From an uncultured Acidobacteriota bacterium (GTDB lineage Bacteria > Acidobacteriota > Thermoanaerobaculia > Gp7-AA8), in the NCBI GenBank assembly GCA_963822445.1, contig CAWGHO010000001.1, positions 768,001-832,000 on the forward strand: DNA of 64,000 nucleotides, in the 5' to 3' direction. A program made the translations under genes and the position numbers. Below, piece by piece: positions 25,923 through 34,169 of this stretch. Within the stretch, counting starts at the first letter, position 1. Every line of letters starts with the position of its first letter. The notes beneath the pieces were generated by a model, which was not told where the DNA came from, did no database searches, and saw only the letters and a program-made list of their open reading frames with translations.

Positions 25923-27521
25923 CTATTCAGCGGCGAGCACATCCCTGATTGCCGAGATCGACGGCGCGAACAGATACGCGGCGCCGGTACTGATCACGAA
26001 GCGGTACGGCATGGGCACTTTCGCTTCCTTTTCTCCCTGCACGAAGTTCGCGACGCGCGAGTCGGGCGGACGGTTGCCGGCCTGGCCGATGATCGGATCG
26101 AAGCCCGCATCGCCGCGCGGCGTGTGCTCCTTGTTCGCCCAGACCCTCCACAGAAATTCGAACTGATCGGTGATCGAGGCCTGGTAGCAGATGAAGAGCA
26201 GGCCGCGGTCTTCCTTCGGCTTCTTGTCGTAGCTCGGGCCGAAGGTGATGCCGCGGCGGATGATCCGCCGGCGCAACGTGCGCGCGCCGTGGCCGATGTC
26301 GGTGGCTTCATCGCGCGGGTTGATCTTGCGGATGTGCGCGGAGATCGGGCAGCGCTGGCCGTCGCCGTCGGCTTCCGCGGGCCGGAAGTGATCGGTCGGC
26401 GTGGCCGGATTCTCCCAGCGCACCGGTGGCGTGTCCTTCCAGAAGAAAAAGCTCTGCTGGGCCTCGCGATCCCCGGCGATGTCCGGATCGGTCTCGCGCG
26501 GCGAGCGCGCCAGCGGGACTCCGTCTTTCCAGCGGCCCACGCACATCGCGCCGAACCGTTCGCGGTCGACGCCGAACCCTTCCGCATTCAGTCTCTCCGT
26601 TCCGAGCTCGATGAATTTCTCGAAGGCCTCCACGTCCTGGCGCAGCCGGCGATAGACGACGTACGAACCATCGACCGCGAATTTCGGCACGAAGCGGGTC
26701 GCGCTCTCTTCCTGGTTCCCGGCCGGAGTGTCGGGACTCTGCCGCGGATAGCCGAGGACGAACTCGCCGGGGTGAATGAGGGGCATGCCCGGTGCGGCGA
26801 AGGTGCTGCCCAGCGGATCGGAGGGATGAATGAGGCGCGGCGTGAGGAACGGCCGCGTCGGCGTGTCCAGCTGTCCGCGAACGCCCGGCTGCGAGATCCC
26901 ATCCTTGAATCCGAAGTGCTCGTGACCGCGCTTCGGTGCGATGGTCGTGTCGCCGCGATCGCGATGGATGATCGTGATCGGGCGGCCGGGCAGGTCGCGC
27001 AACTCTTTCTCGATCTCTTTGACCTTGTCCTTCAGATCTTTCTCGACGTCGGCGGCGATGTTGAGCATCGCGTCGGGCACTTTGTGTCCCGATCCCACCA
27101 TCCAGGTCAGCGGCGAGCCTGGCGTGCCATTCGTCGGATCGCCAATCTCCCCTGCCCGCGCTTCCGCACCGATCACGAATGCGGTCTCCATCGTCCGGAC
27201 GTCTTCCTTGCCAATGAGCTTGGTCAGGCCTTGCGAGGTAAAGGCGATGTTCATCCACAGCGCCCAGAGATCGGGATCGGGAGCCTTGCCACCGTCGACG
27301 CCTTCGCCGCTTCGCGCTTTCCGCATCGTGCGAAAGGCGTCGTTGAATTGCGCGACGGCGTTGAGCGTCGCGAGTCGCGGCGCCAGCGAAGCCAGCCACT
27401 TCTTCACCACGTTGATTTTCTTGACATTGAAACGGAGGAAGAGCAGCGCCACGTGGTCCTTCCGGAACCCGGCCAGACTGTCGCCCTGAATCTCGTTGCC
27501 GCGCAGCAGGGGCTCGCTCAT
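25923..27521 (-). CDS. large Dyp-type (dye-decolorizing) heme peroxidase
   Basis: IQG, EHFGFKDGISQP (GxxDG), GSYVVYRRLRQDV, CPISAHIRKINPR, IIRRGITFG, GLLFICYQASITDQFEF, DPIIGQ; no signal peptide. Confidence 0.93.
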   Translation of the reverse strand: MSEPLLRGNEIQGDSLAGFRKDHVALLFLRFNVKKINVVKKWLASLAPRLATLNAVAQFNDAFRTMRKARSGEGVDGGKAPDPDLWALWMNIAFTSQGLTKLIGKEDVRTMETAFVIGAEARAGEIGDPTNGTPGSPLTWMVGSGHKVPDAMLNIAADVEKDLKDKVKEIEKELRDLPGRPITIIHRDRGDTTIAPKRGHEHFGFKDGISQPGVRGQLDTPTRPFLTPRLIHPSDPLGSTFAAPGMPLIHPGEFVLGYPRQSPDTPAGNQEESATRFVPKFAVDGSYVVYRRLRQDVEAFEKFIELGTERLNAEGFGVDRERFGAMCVGRWKDGVPLARSPRETDPDIAGDREAQQSFFFWKDTPPVRWENPATPTDHFRPAEADGDGQRCPISAHIRKINPRDEATDIGHGARTLRRRIIRRGITFGPSYDKKPKEDRGLLFICYQASITDQFEFLWRVWANKEHTPRGDAGFDPIIGQAGNRPPDSRVANFVQGEKEAKVPMPYRFVISTGAAYLFAPSISAIRDVLAAE

Positions 27522-28609
27522 CCCTTCCTCCCGTAGCTCTCGGTCTCGTGCGCAGCGTCATCGGCAACGAGGCCGCCGAATACGACATCGCTTCCTCCGC
27601 CGGCGCGGCACTCACGGCCCGTGGCCTGGCTGATCAGACCGGGCTTGCTCACCGAGGCGTAAACGCCGACGGTGGTGCGCTCGGCGATCTGACTGCCCCA
27701 TCGAATCGGCTCGCCGCCGATGGTCACCTGCGAAAGAGTGAAGCCGCGCCCGGGCGGCACCGCAACGCGCGCGCGAACGGGCGGATCGCCGCGCACGTAC
27801 CGGACGAGGTCCTCCGGCGGACTGCCGTCCGGCGTTTTCCAGCCGTCCGTGTCGATGCCGATGATGTAGATACCGACCGGATCCTCCAGCGTGATGAAGC
27901 GCCCCTCGCGGGCGAGTCTGTTGAAGTGCGCGATGACCGTCGGATCGGCGTGATGCGGCCCGCCCAGCGCACAGTCCTGAACGTCGATGACCTCGCCGCC
28001 GCGGAAACGCCACACGATCGCATCCCAGATCAGCCCGAGCGCGGCGGGCAGATTGTTGATGGCGTTGATCATGTGCATCGTGCCGCGGGTGGTGTTGAAG
28101 ATGTTCAGACGGTTGTAGGAGCCGCCCGGACCGCTGAAGATGTCCGCCTCCGTGGCCGCGGGATTGGTCCACGTCCGGTAGAGCGCGGTGATCTCCGCGC
28201 GCGACAGATTGGCGACGAGAAAGTTCCAGTAATCCGGCAGCTCGGTGGTCACGTCGATCGCGGTGACGTTTCCCGAGGAGTCGCGATGGGTGAACCACTC
28301 GGAGTACTCGTTCTGTCCGCGGCTCGAGGGCTGGCGATTCGCCGGCTCATCGGCATGAAGGCGAGCCTCCGCGCGCCGTCGGAAGTCCCAGACATCCTCG
28401 GCGAACGTGAACCAGGGGATGATCCGCCGTTTCGCACCGGCTATGGGCGTCGTCAGCGGATTCACGAGCTGCACGTTCGCCGCACCGACTTCCGCGCGCA
28501 GGTCGGCGATGGATGCGTTGAGGGCGTTGTTGACGATGTCGCTCCACGCCTGCAAGTGGGCATCGCTGGTGACGTCGGTCAATCGTCCCGGAGGCGAGAA
28601 GCGGGGCAT
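27518..28609 (-). CDS. uncharacterised protein translationally coupled to DyP
   Basis: 363-aa ORF with AAGGAGG RBS and ATGA overlap with DyP; motif-like blocks RGQNEYSEW, TELPDYW, TMHMIN, HADP, LEDPVGIYI. Confidence 0.85.
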   Translation of the reverse strand: MPRFSPPGRLTDVTSDAHLQAWSDIVNNALNASIADLRAEVGAANVQLVNPLTTPIAGAKRRIIPWFTFAEDVWDFRRRAEARLHADEPANRQPSSRGQNEYSEWFTHRDSSGNVTAIDVTTELPDYWNFLVANLSRAEITALYRTWTNPAATEADIFSGPGGSYNRLNIFNTTRGTMHMINAINNLPAALGLIWDAIVWRFRGGEVIDVQDCALGGPHHADPTVIAHFNRLAREGRFITLEDPVGIYIIGIDTDGWKTPDGSPPEDLVRYVRGDPPVRARVAVPPGRGFTLSQVTIGGEPIRWGSQIAERTTVGVYASVSKPGLISQATGRECRAGGGSDVVFGGLVADDAAHETESYGRKG

Positions 28610-28658
28610 GTGAGCCCTCCTTGCTTGAAGGAGGGACCCGCGCGGGAGGTTTCCCTAC

Positions 28659-29510
28659 CTACTTTTGGTAAACCATGTCGTTCTTCAGATGGCGCAGCTT
28701 GAACTGCGTCGACAGCGAGATCAGCGACTCGCTGTGACCGAGCAGCAGGTAGCCGCCATCGATCAGCCGGTTGTAGAAGTTCGTGACCACGACCTTCTTC
28801 GATGCATCGTCGAAGTAGATGATCACGTTCCGGCAGAAGACGACGTCGAGGTGGCCGAGCAGCGAGACGCGCGCTTCGTCGTAGAGGTTCAGGCGGCCGA
28901 AAGAGATGCGGTTGCGGATCTCATCGCGCACTTTCCACGAGCCATCGCCCTCTTTCACAAAGTACTTCTCGCGCAGCAGCGGCGTGGTCGCGCGGAACGC
29001 GTTCTCGCGGTACTGCCCTTTGCGCGCTTTGGCCAGGACCTGCTGGTTGATGTCGCTGGCGAAGATCTCGAACGCGGCGTGGTCGTACCAGCCCGCTTCC
29101 GACAACAGCATGGCAAGCGAGTACGGTTCCTCGCCCGAGGAGCAGCCCGCCGACCAGATGCGGATCTTCTTGACCGTCTTCCGAGAGAGCAGATCGGGAA
29201 CGATCTCCTCGATGAATGCCTGAAGCTGGGCCGGCTCGCGGAAGAAGTAGGTCTCGTTGGTGGTGACGAGGTCGAAGATCTGATCGAACTCCGCGTCGGC
29301 GCGGGGGTCGTACTGGAGGAAGTAGAAGTACTTCTGGAAGGAGTCGAAGCTCATCTCCCGCGCGCGCGGCGAGAGCCGCTTCTGCAGGAGGTACTTGGAG
29401 GAATCGCTGAACCAGATGCCGGACCGCTTGTAGATCTGGTCCCGCAGCAGCCGGAAAACGTCGTCCGGCAGCTCCATGTGATGGTTCAAAGAGAAATTGA
29501 AGTTCGACAT
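28659..29510 (-). CDS. cheR: chemotaxis methyltransferase CheR
   Basis: TTNETYFFRE, RIWSAGCSSGEEPYS, ASDIN, FCRNVIIYF, LLGHSES. Confidence 0.96.
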   Translation of the reverse strand: MSNFNFSLNHHMELPDDVFRLLRDQIYKRSGIWFSDSSKYLLQKRLSPRAREMSFDSFQKYFYFLQYDPRADAEFDQIFDLVTTNETYFFREPAQLQAFIEEIVPDLLSRKTVKKIRIWSAGCSSGEEPYSLAMLLSEAGWYDHAAFEIFASDINQQVLAKARKGQYRENAFRATTPLLREKYFVKEGDGSWKVRDEIRNRISFGRLNLYDEARVSLLGHLDVVFCRNVIIYFDDASKKVVVTNFYNRLIDGGYLLLGHSESLISLSTQFKLRHLKNDMVYQK

Positions 29511-29518
29511 GACCCGGG

Positions 29519-29582
29519 TGATTGATGAGTGATGATTGATGATTGATGAGCTTCATCAGTCATCACTCATCAATCATCAATC
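29519..29582. repeat. inverted array of 7-nt tandem repeats (TGATTGA)n/(TCATCAA)n
   Basis: tgattga tgagtga tgattga tgattga tga ... tcatcag tcatcac tcatcaa tcatcaa; contains the stop codon of the HEAT gene. Confidence 0.85.
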
Positions 29583-31811
29583 GCCCTCGCGTTTCTGCTT
29601 CATGGCCTGCAAGATCGCAGCTATGACGACTTCCCTCCTGCTGTCCGCGGTCCGCCACGCCTCCTCGAGCAGGTCGCGGTACAGATCGCGGTGCTTGACC
29701 AACACCTCGGACACGTCATCGAGAATGGCGCTGTTCTCCAGCGCCTTGAACAACACCGGGAACGACGAGCGGTCGGCGAGCTTGTCCAGCGCCAGCACCG
29801 CGGATTGCTGCACGTACGTGTCGGGATCGTCGATGGCCCGATGGATCATCGGCAGCGCCTCGCGGTCGCCGCGTGCGCCGAGCGCCGTCGCGGCCGCGGC
29901 GCGAATCCGCCAGTCCTCACTCGACAGCGCGGCGTGCAATTTGTCGAACGCATCGCGACCGGGAATCCGCGCGAGTGCGAGCATCGCCGCGCGCTGAATC
30001 TCGGGATCGCTTTCGTCGAGACAGCCGAAGAGCACGTCCTTGACGCGCTGATCCTGCGATTTGCCGAGCGCGTCGATGACGGCGATTCGCACGGGCGCCG
30101 GGTCATTCACGAGATGCCGCATCAGCGGCTCGATGCCCTCGGAATGTTTGTACTCGCCGAGAGCCTGGGCGGCGGCGGTGCGGATCCAGATGTCGCTGTC
30201 GTCGAGTGAGCTGATCAGCGGCTCGAGTCCGGTCTCAGGCCGCAGGCGGACGATGGCGTTGATCGCCGCGAGACGCACCGACGTCGATTCGTCGGCGAGG
30301 GAGAGCACGAGCTGATCGGCGAAACGCTCCTCGCCGAACTTGCCCATCAGCGAGACCGCTTTTTGCCTGATGACCGGATCGCTGTCCTTCGACGCGAGAA
30401 GCAGTTCGTCGTGATAGCCCTCGCCCTGAATGTTGACGAAGACCGAGAGCGAGTTGAGCTTGATCGGAATCGACGGCGACTGCAGCAGCCGCCGGATTTT
30501 CCCGAGGACATCCGCCTGCACTTCAGGAAACGCGGTCACCAGCGCGGAGATGGAGTTCACCGCGGCCTGCTGCGACGCTACGTCTGTGTCGTCGAGCTTA
30601 GCCAGCAGGTAGTCGATCGAATTCGGATGAGGAATCTCGCCGAGCGTCTCGATGGCCAACCGCCGGATCATGGCGTTGTCGTGGTCGAGCAGAGGCATGA
30701 TGCTCGGCAACGTCTCGCGTCCACCGACGACGTTGATCACGCGCAGGAGCAGCGCGAGGATCTCGTCCTCTTCCGCGTTCTGCAGCGCTTCGAGAATCGA
30801 CGGAATCGCGCCGGCGCCGAAATCGATCAAGCCCTGGGCCGCGACTTCGGCGGTGTCGGGCTGGTCGAGATGGCTGATCAGGACGGGCAACGCGCGCTCG
30901 TCGCCGGACCAGCCGAGGAACTTGAGGATGAAGGACTTCACCTCGCGCTTGGGCGTGGTGTGGAGATGCTCGATGAGCGGGAGGATCTTTTCGCGCGGGA
31001 AGGCCTCGCGGAAACGGCTCTGGATGAGCGTCCGCTCGGCCTGTTCGACGATGCGCGGCTTGCTCGCTTCGGCGATCCGCACGAGAGCGCGGAGTGCGGT
31101 CAGATTCAGCTTTTCTTCGTCGGCAATGATTCGCAGAAGGAAGTTGACCGTGCCGACGTCGGCGATCTTTCCGACCGCTTCGAGAACCGGCTTGCGCAGC
31201 GATTTCTCGGCATAAAGCGGCAGCACGGCCGGCAGCGCGGTGCGATCGCCGATCTCGCCGAGGGCTTCGACGACGTGAAACTTCAGCCAGAGGTCTTCCC
31301 GCTGATGGAGAACGCGCATCAGATTCGGCAGCGCCGACGCGTCGCGATATTTGCCGAGGGACGAGACGATCGACGATGCCAGGTTGATGTCATTCTCGGC
31401 GTCGAGCAGCTCGAGGAGGATCGCGAATCCGTCTTTGCTGCGCAGGTCGCCGAGGAGGTTGACCAGCGAAAGGCGGACATCGAGGTCCTTCTCGGTGCGC
31501 AGGCGGCTGACGATCGGCTCGATGGCAACATCACCGATCCGCATCAGAGCCTCGGTCGCCGAATTGCGCTTGCCGGCGTTTTCCGGATCGGCGAGCGAGT
31601 CGAGGAGGCCGCGCACGATGTCCGGCCGCGCGTCGCGAACGAGGCCGTCGACGATGGTCTTGCGGACGCGCCAGTCCTTGTCGCCGAGAAGCTCGAACAT
31701 CAGCGGCAGGTTGCGCTCGCTGGTCGATTGCGCAACCAGGAACGCGGCTTTCTGCCGCGCATCCGGATCGGTGGAACGGGCCTGCTCGATGATCTGCGGG
31801 TCGGCGGTCAT
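29577..31811 (-). CDS. large HEAT repeat protein of the chemosensory cluster
   Basis: Many repeats such as DWRVRKTIVDGL, IRRLAIETLGEI, WIRTAAAQALGE, WRIRAAAATALG. Confidence 0.9.
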   Translation of the reverse strand: MTADPQIIEQARSTDPDARQKAAFLVAQSTSERNLPLMFELLGDKDWRVRKTIVDGLVRDARPDIVRGLLDSLADPENAGKRNSATEALMRIGDVAIEPIVSRLRTEKDLDVRLSLVNLLGDLRSKDGFAILLELLDAENDINLASSIVSSLGKYRDASALPNLMRVLHQREDLWLKFHVVEALGEIGDRTALPAVLPLYAEKSLRKPVLEAVGKIADVGTVNFLLRIIADEEKLNLTALRALVRIAEASKPRIVEQAERTLIQSRFREAFPREKILPLIEHLHTTPKREVKSFILKFLGWSGDERALPVLISHLDQPDTAEVAAQGLIDFGAGAIPSILEALQNAEEDEILALLLRVINVVGGRETLPSIMPLLDHDNAMIRRLAIETLGEIPHPNSIDYLLAKLDDTDVASQQAAVNSISALVTAFPEVQADVLGKIRRLLQSPSIPIKLNSLSVFVNIQGEGYHDELLLASKDSDPVIRQKAVSLMGKFGEERFADQLVLSLADESTSVRLAAINAIVRLRPETGLEPLISSLDDSDIWIRTAAAQALGEYKHSEGIEPLMRHLVNDPAPVRIAVIDALGKSQDQRVKDVLFGCLDESDPEIQRAAMLALARIPGRDAFDKLHAALSSEDWRIRAAAATALGARGDREALPMIHRAIDDPDTYVQQSAVLALDKLADRSSFPVLFKALENSAILDDVSEVLVKHRDLYRDLLEEAWRTADSRREVVIAAILQAMKQKREGD

Positions 31812-32650
31812 TGCGTCCCCGTCTTGATGCGATCCAGCTCTTCCCTCTTCATCTGCACGAATTGCTGGAGGGTCTCGGTGTAGATCTCCGTGTCGCGGCG
31901 CACGCGCAGCGGCACGCGGGAGTCGTAGTACTGGCGGCCTTCGTCGATCTCCTCGCGCAGCACTTCGAAGAAGTTGTTGTCGCGAATGCCCTGCTCCACT
32001 TTGGCCACGTGGTAAATGATGATGTCCGAAAGAATGAGTCGTGCCAGGCGACGGGCTTCGTCGATCTCGCGCGATTCCACGGGAAACTCGCCCGTGTGGC
32101 CGACCTCGGGAAAGAGCTTGCGGATGATCTGGCGGAACTCTTTCTCCGGAATCTGCTCTTCGATGTATTCGTCCGCGCCGTAGAGATTGGTCGGATTCGC
32201 TCGGAAGCGGTTCGCGCGAAAGAGAGCGCCAATGAGGATGACCCGAGTCTGCTCGAGCGTCGGATCGGCTTTGATCTCTTCGGTGACTTCCACGCCGAGC
32301 TTTCCCTTGAGGTAGACGTTGACGATCACGAGCTCGGCGCGGGTGCGGCGGACGAAGTCGAGGGTCGGATCGCCGGTCTCGAAATAGGCAACTTCGAATC
32401 CGAGGCGGCGGAGGTGCTCGCCGAGGAACTGGCGGAAGGGGCGGGGCTCATCGGCGATGGCGGCCATGCGCCGGCGGGGGATGTTCGCCGGCTCCGCGGG
32501 CTCCGGAACGGCGTGCATTCCGCTCGCTGTGCGCGGCTTGAGAACCATCTGGTATTGACAGCGCGGGCAGGCCACGCGGACGGGGGACGTCAGCGGGAGA
32601 GCTATCGCTGCCCGAAACGTCGAGCCACATTTCTTACAGGTCAGGTCCAT
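31808..32650 (-). CDS. zinc-ribbon plus pseudo-receiver plus C-terminal helical domain protein
   Basis: CKKC...CPRC; receiver-like IADE...LVIVNVYL...ADEYIEEQ; C-terminal ARRLARLILSDIIIYH. Confidence 0.8.
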   Translation of the reverse strand: MDLTCKKCGSTFRAAIALPLTSPVRVACPRCQYQMVLKPRTASGMHAVPEPAEPANIPRRRMAAIADEPRPFRQFLGEHLRRLGFEVAYFETGDPTLDFVRRTRAELVIVNVYLKGKLGVEVTEEIKADPTLEQTRVILIGALFRANRFRANPTNLYGADEYIEEQIPEKEFRQIIRKLFPEVGHTGEFPVESREIDEARRLARLILSDIIIYHVAKVEQGIRDNNFFEVLREEIDEGRQYYDSRVPLRVRRDTEIYTETLQQFVQMKREELDRIKTGTQ

Positions 32651-32671
32651 TGCTGAGTTATCCGGAGGGGG

Positions 32672-33364
32672 TCACGCCGTGGTCGCCGCGAGCGCCCTGC
32701 TGTCGAGTAGCTTGTCCAAATCGAGCAGGATCGTCAACGCGCCGCCGGCGCGGAAGACGCCGCGGACCGATTCGTCGAGCTCCGTGGCGTGTACGACCGG
32801 GTGGGGCTCGATGTCGGCGGCGGCGGCTTTTACGACTCGTAAAACGCGATCGACGACGAAGCCGATCATCTCATTGTGGTAGTCGATCACGACGATGCGC
32901 GTGTCGGCATCTTCGGAGGTTGCCGCGGCGTGCCGCAGTTTTCTTCGAACATCGACGAGGGTCACGATCGTGCCGCGCAGGGAGATGATCCCGAGCACGG
33001 AGGTGTCCGCGTTGGGGATGCGCGTCAGCGGACGCGGCGTGACGATCTCGATGATCCGCTCGATGTTGACCGCGTACTGCTCGCCGGCCATGACGAAGGT
33101 GAGAAGCTCGAGCTGGGTGGTGGTGGTTTCGACGTCCGCGGCTTTCGCGATCTCGCGGCGTTTGCCGGCCTGGGCTTTGAATTTGTCGAGCTTACTCGGA
33201 GCGCCGGCGTCCCCGCCGGCTGGTCCGCCGCCGTCCTCGGCGGCTGAGGGCAGGGGTGGTGGTTGCGGTGCCTCGGCCGGCGCGGACGCCGGCGCAACAG
33301 CCGCCGGGACGGCGGCGTTCCCCTTCTCTGCTTTCTTCTTCCTGATCTTCACCAGATCAACCAT
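32672..33364 (-). CDS. cheW: chemotaxis coupling protein CheW
   Basis: LLTFVMAGEQYAV, TRIPNA...LGIISLRGTIVTLVD, GFVVDRV, ILLDLDKLL. Confidence 0.92.
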   Translation of the reverse strand: MVDLVKIRKKKAEKGNAAVPAAVAPASAPAEAPQPPPLPSAAEDGGGPAGGDAGAPSKLDKFKAQAGKRREIAKAADVETTTTQLELLTFVMAGEQYAVNIERIIEIVTPRPLTRIPNADTSVLGIISLRGTIVTLVDVRRKLRHAAATSEDADTRIVVIDYHNEMIGFVVDRVLRVVKAAAADIEPHPVVHATELDESVRGVFRAGGALTILLDLDKLLDSRALAATTA

Positions 33365-34169
33365 GCGCGGCCTCCATGCGGTGTTCCCGGGCAGCGCTGC
33401 TGACTCGCGTCGGGTCGATCACCTCGGCATCTTCGCCGAAGGCGTCGAGTAAGGCTGTCGTAGCGAGGGTGTTGATCAGGCGGGGGATGCCGCCGCTGAG
33501 GGAGTGGATCTCTTCCATGGCCTTGCGATTGAACGGGTTTCGCGTGCCGCCGGCGACGCGGATGCGGTGCTCGATGTACTCGATGGTCTCCTCGAGCGAC
33601 AACGGCCCGAGAGAATAGCGCAAGCCGATGCGCTGGCGGAGGGGCTTGTAGGCCTCACGATCGAGCCGGGCGTCGAGCTCGGGTTGGCCGATCAGCACGA
33701 CCGACAGCAGGTTCTGATCATCGAGCTGAAAGTTCGTCAACAGGCGAATCTCGTCGAACGTCGCCTTCGACGGAATGAGCTGGGCCTCGTCGATCATCAG
33801 CACCGGCTCGCGCTTCTCCTCGTACAGCTCGTACAGCTTCGTGTGGATCTGATCGAGGAGGTCGTTGCGAAACCGCGCCGGCTCGAGGTTCAGGCCGCGG
33901 GCGATGGAGCGGAGAAGCTGCGTCGGTGTGAGGCGTGGATTGATCAGCAGAATGATCGGACGCGATTCGCCGACGCGATCGATCAGGGCGCGGGAAAGCG
34001 TGGTCTTGCCCGAGCCGATGTCGCCGACGAGCAGGGCCAGCTCCTTTTCCTCGACCGCGTACTCGAGCCTGGCCAGCGCTTCCTTGTGCTGCTTCGACTC
34101 GAACAGGAACGACGGATCGGGCGTCTTGCCGAACGGCTTCGCGCTCAGGCCGAAGAATTCTTCAAACAT
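33357..34169 (-). CDS. ExeA/GspA-like AAA ATPase (ATPase domain only)
   Basis: FFGLSAKPFGKTPDP, GDIGSGKTT, IDEAQ, LIGQPEL, LRQRI, SGGIPRLIN. Confidence 0.9.
   Translation of the reverse strand: MFEEFFGLSAKPFGKTPDPSFLFESKQHKEALARLEYAVEEKELALLVGDIGSGKTTLSRALIDRVGESRPIILLINPRLTPTQLLRSIARGLNLEPARFRNDLLDQIHTKLYELYEEKREPVLMIDEAQLIPSKATFDEIRLLTNFQLDDQNLLSVVLIGQPELDARLDREAYKPLRQRIGLRYSLGPLSLEETIEYIEHRIRVAGGTRNPFNRKAMEEIHSLSGGIPRLINTLATTALLDAFGEDAEVIDPTRVSSAAREHRMEAAHG

Noticed and set aside
25923-27521. DyP as encapsulin cargo
   Set aside because: No encapsulin gene in the window and no recognisable C-terminal targeting peptide.
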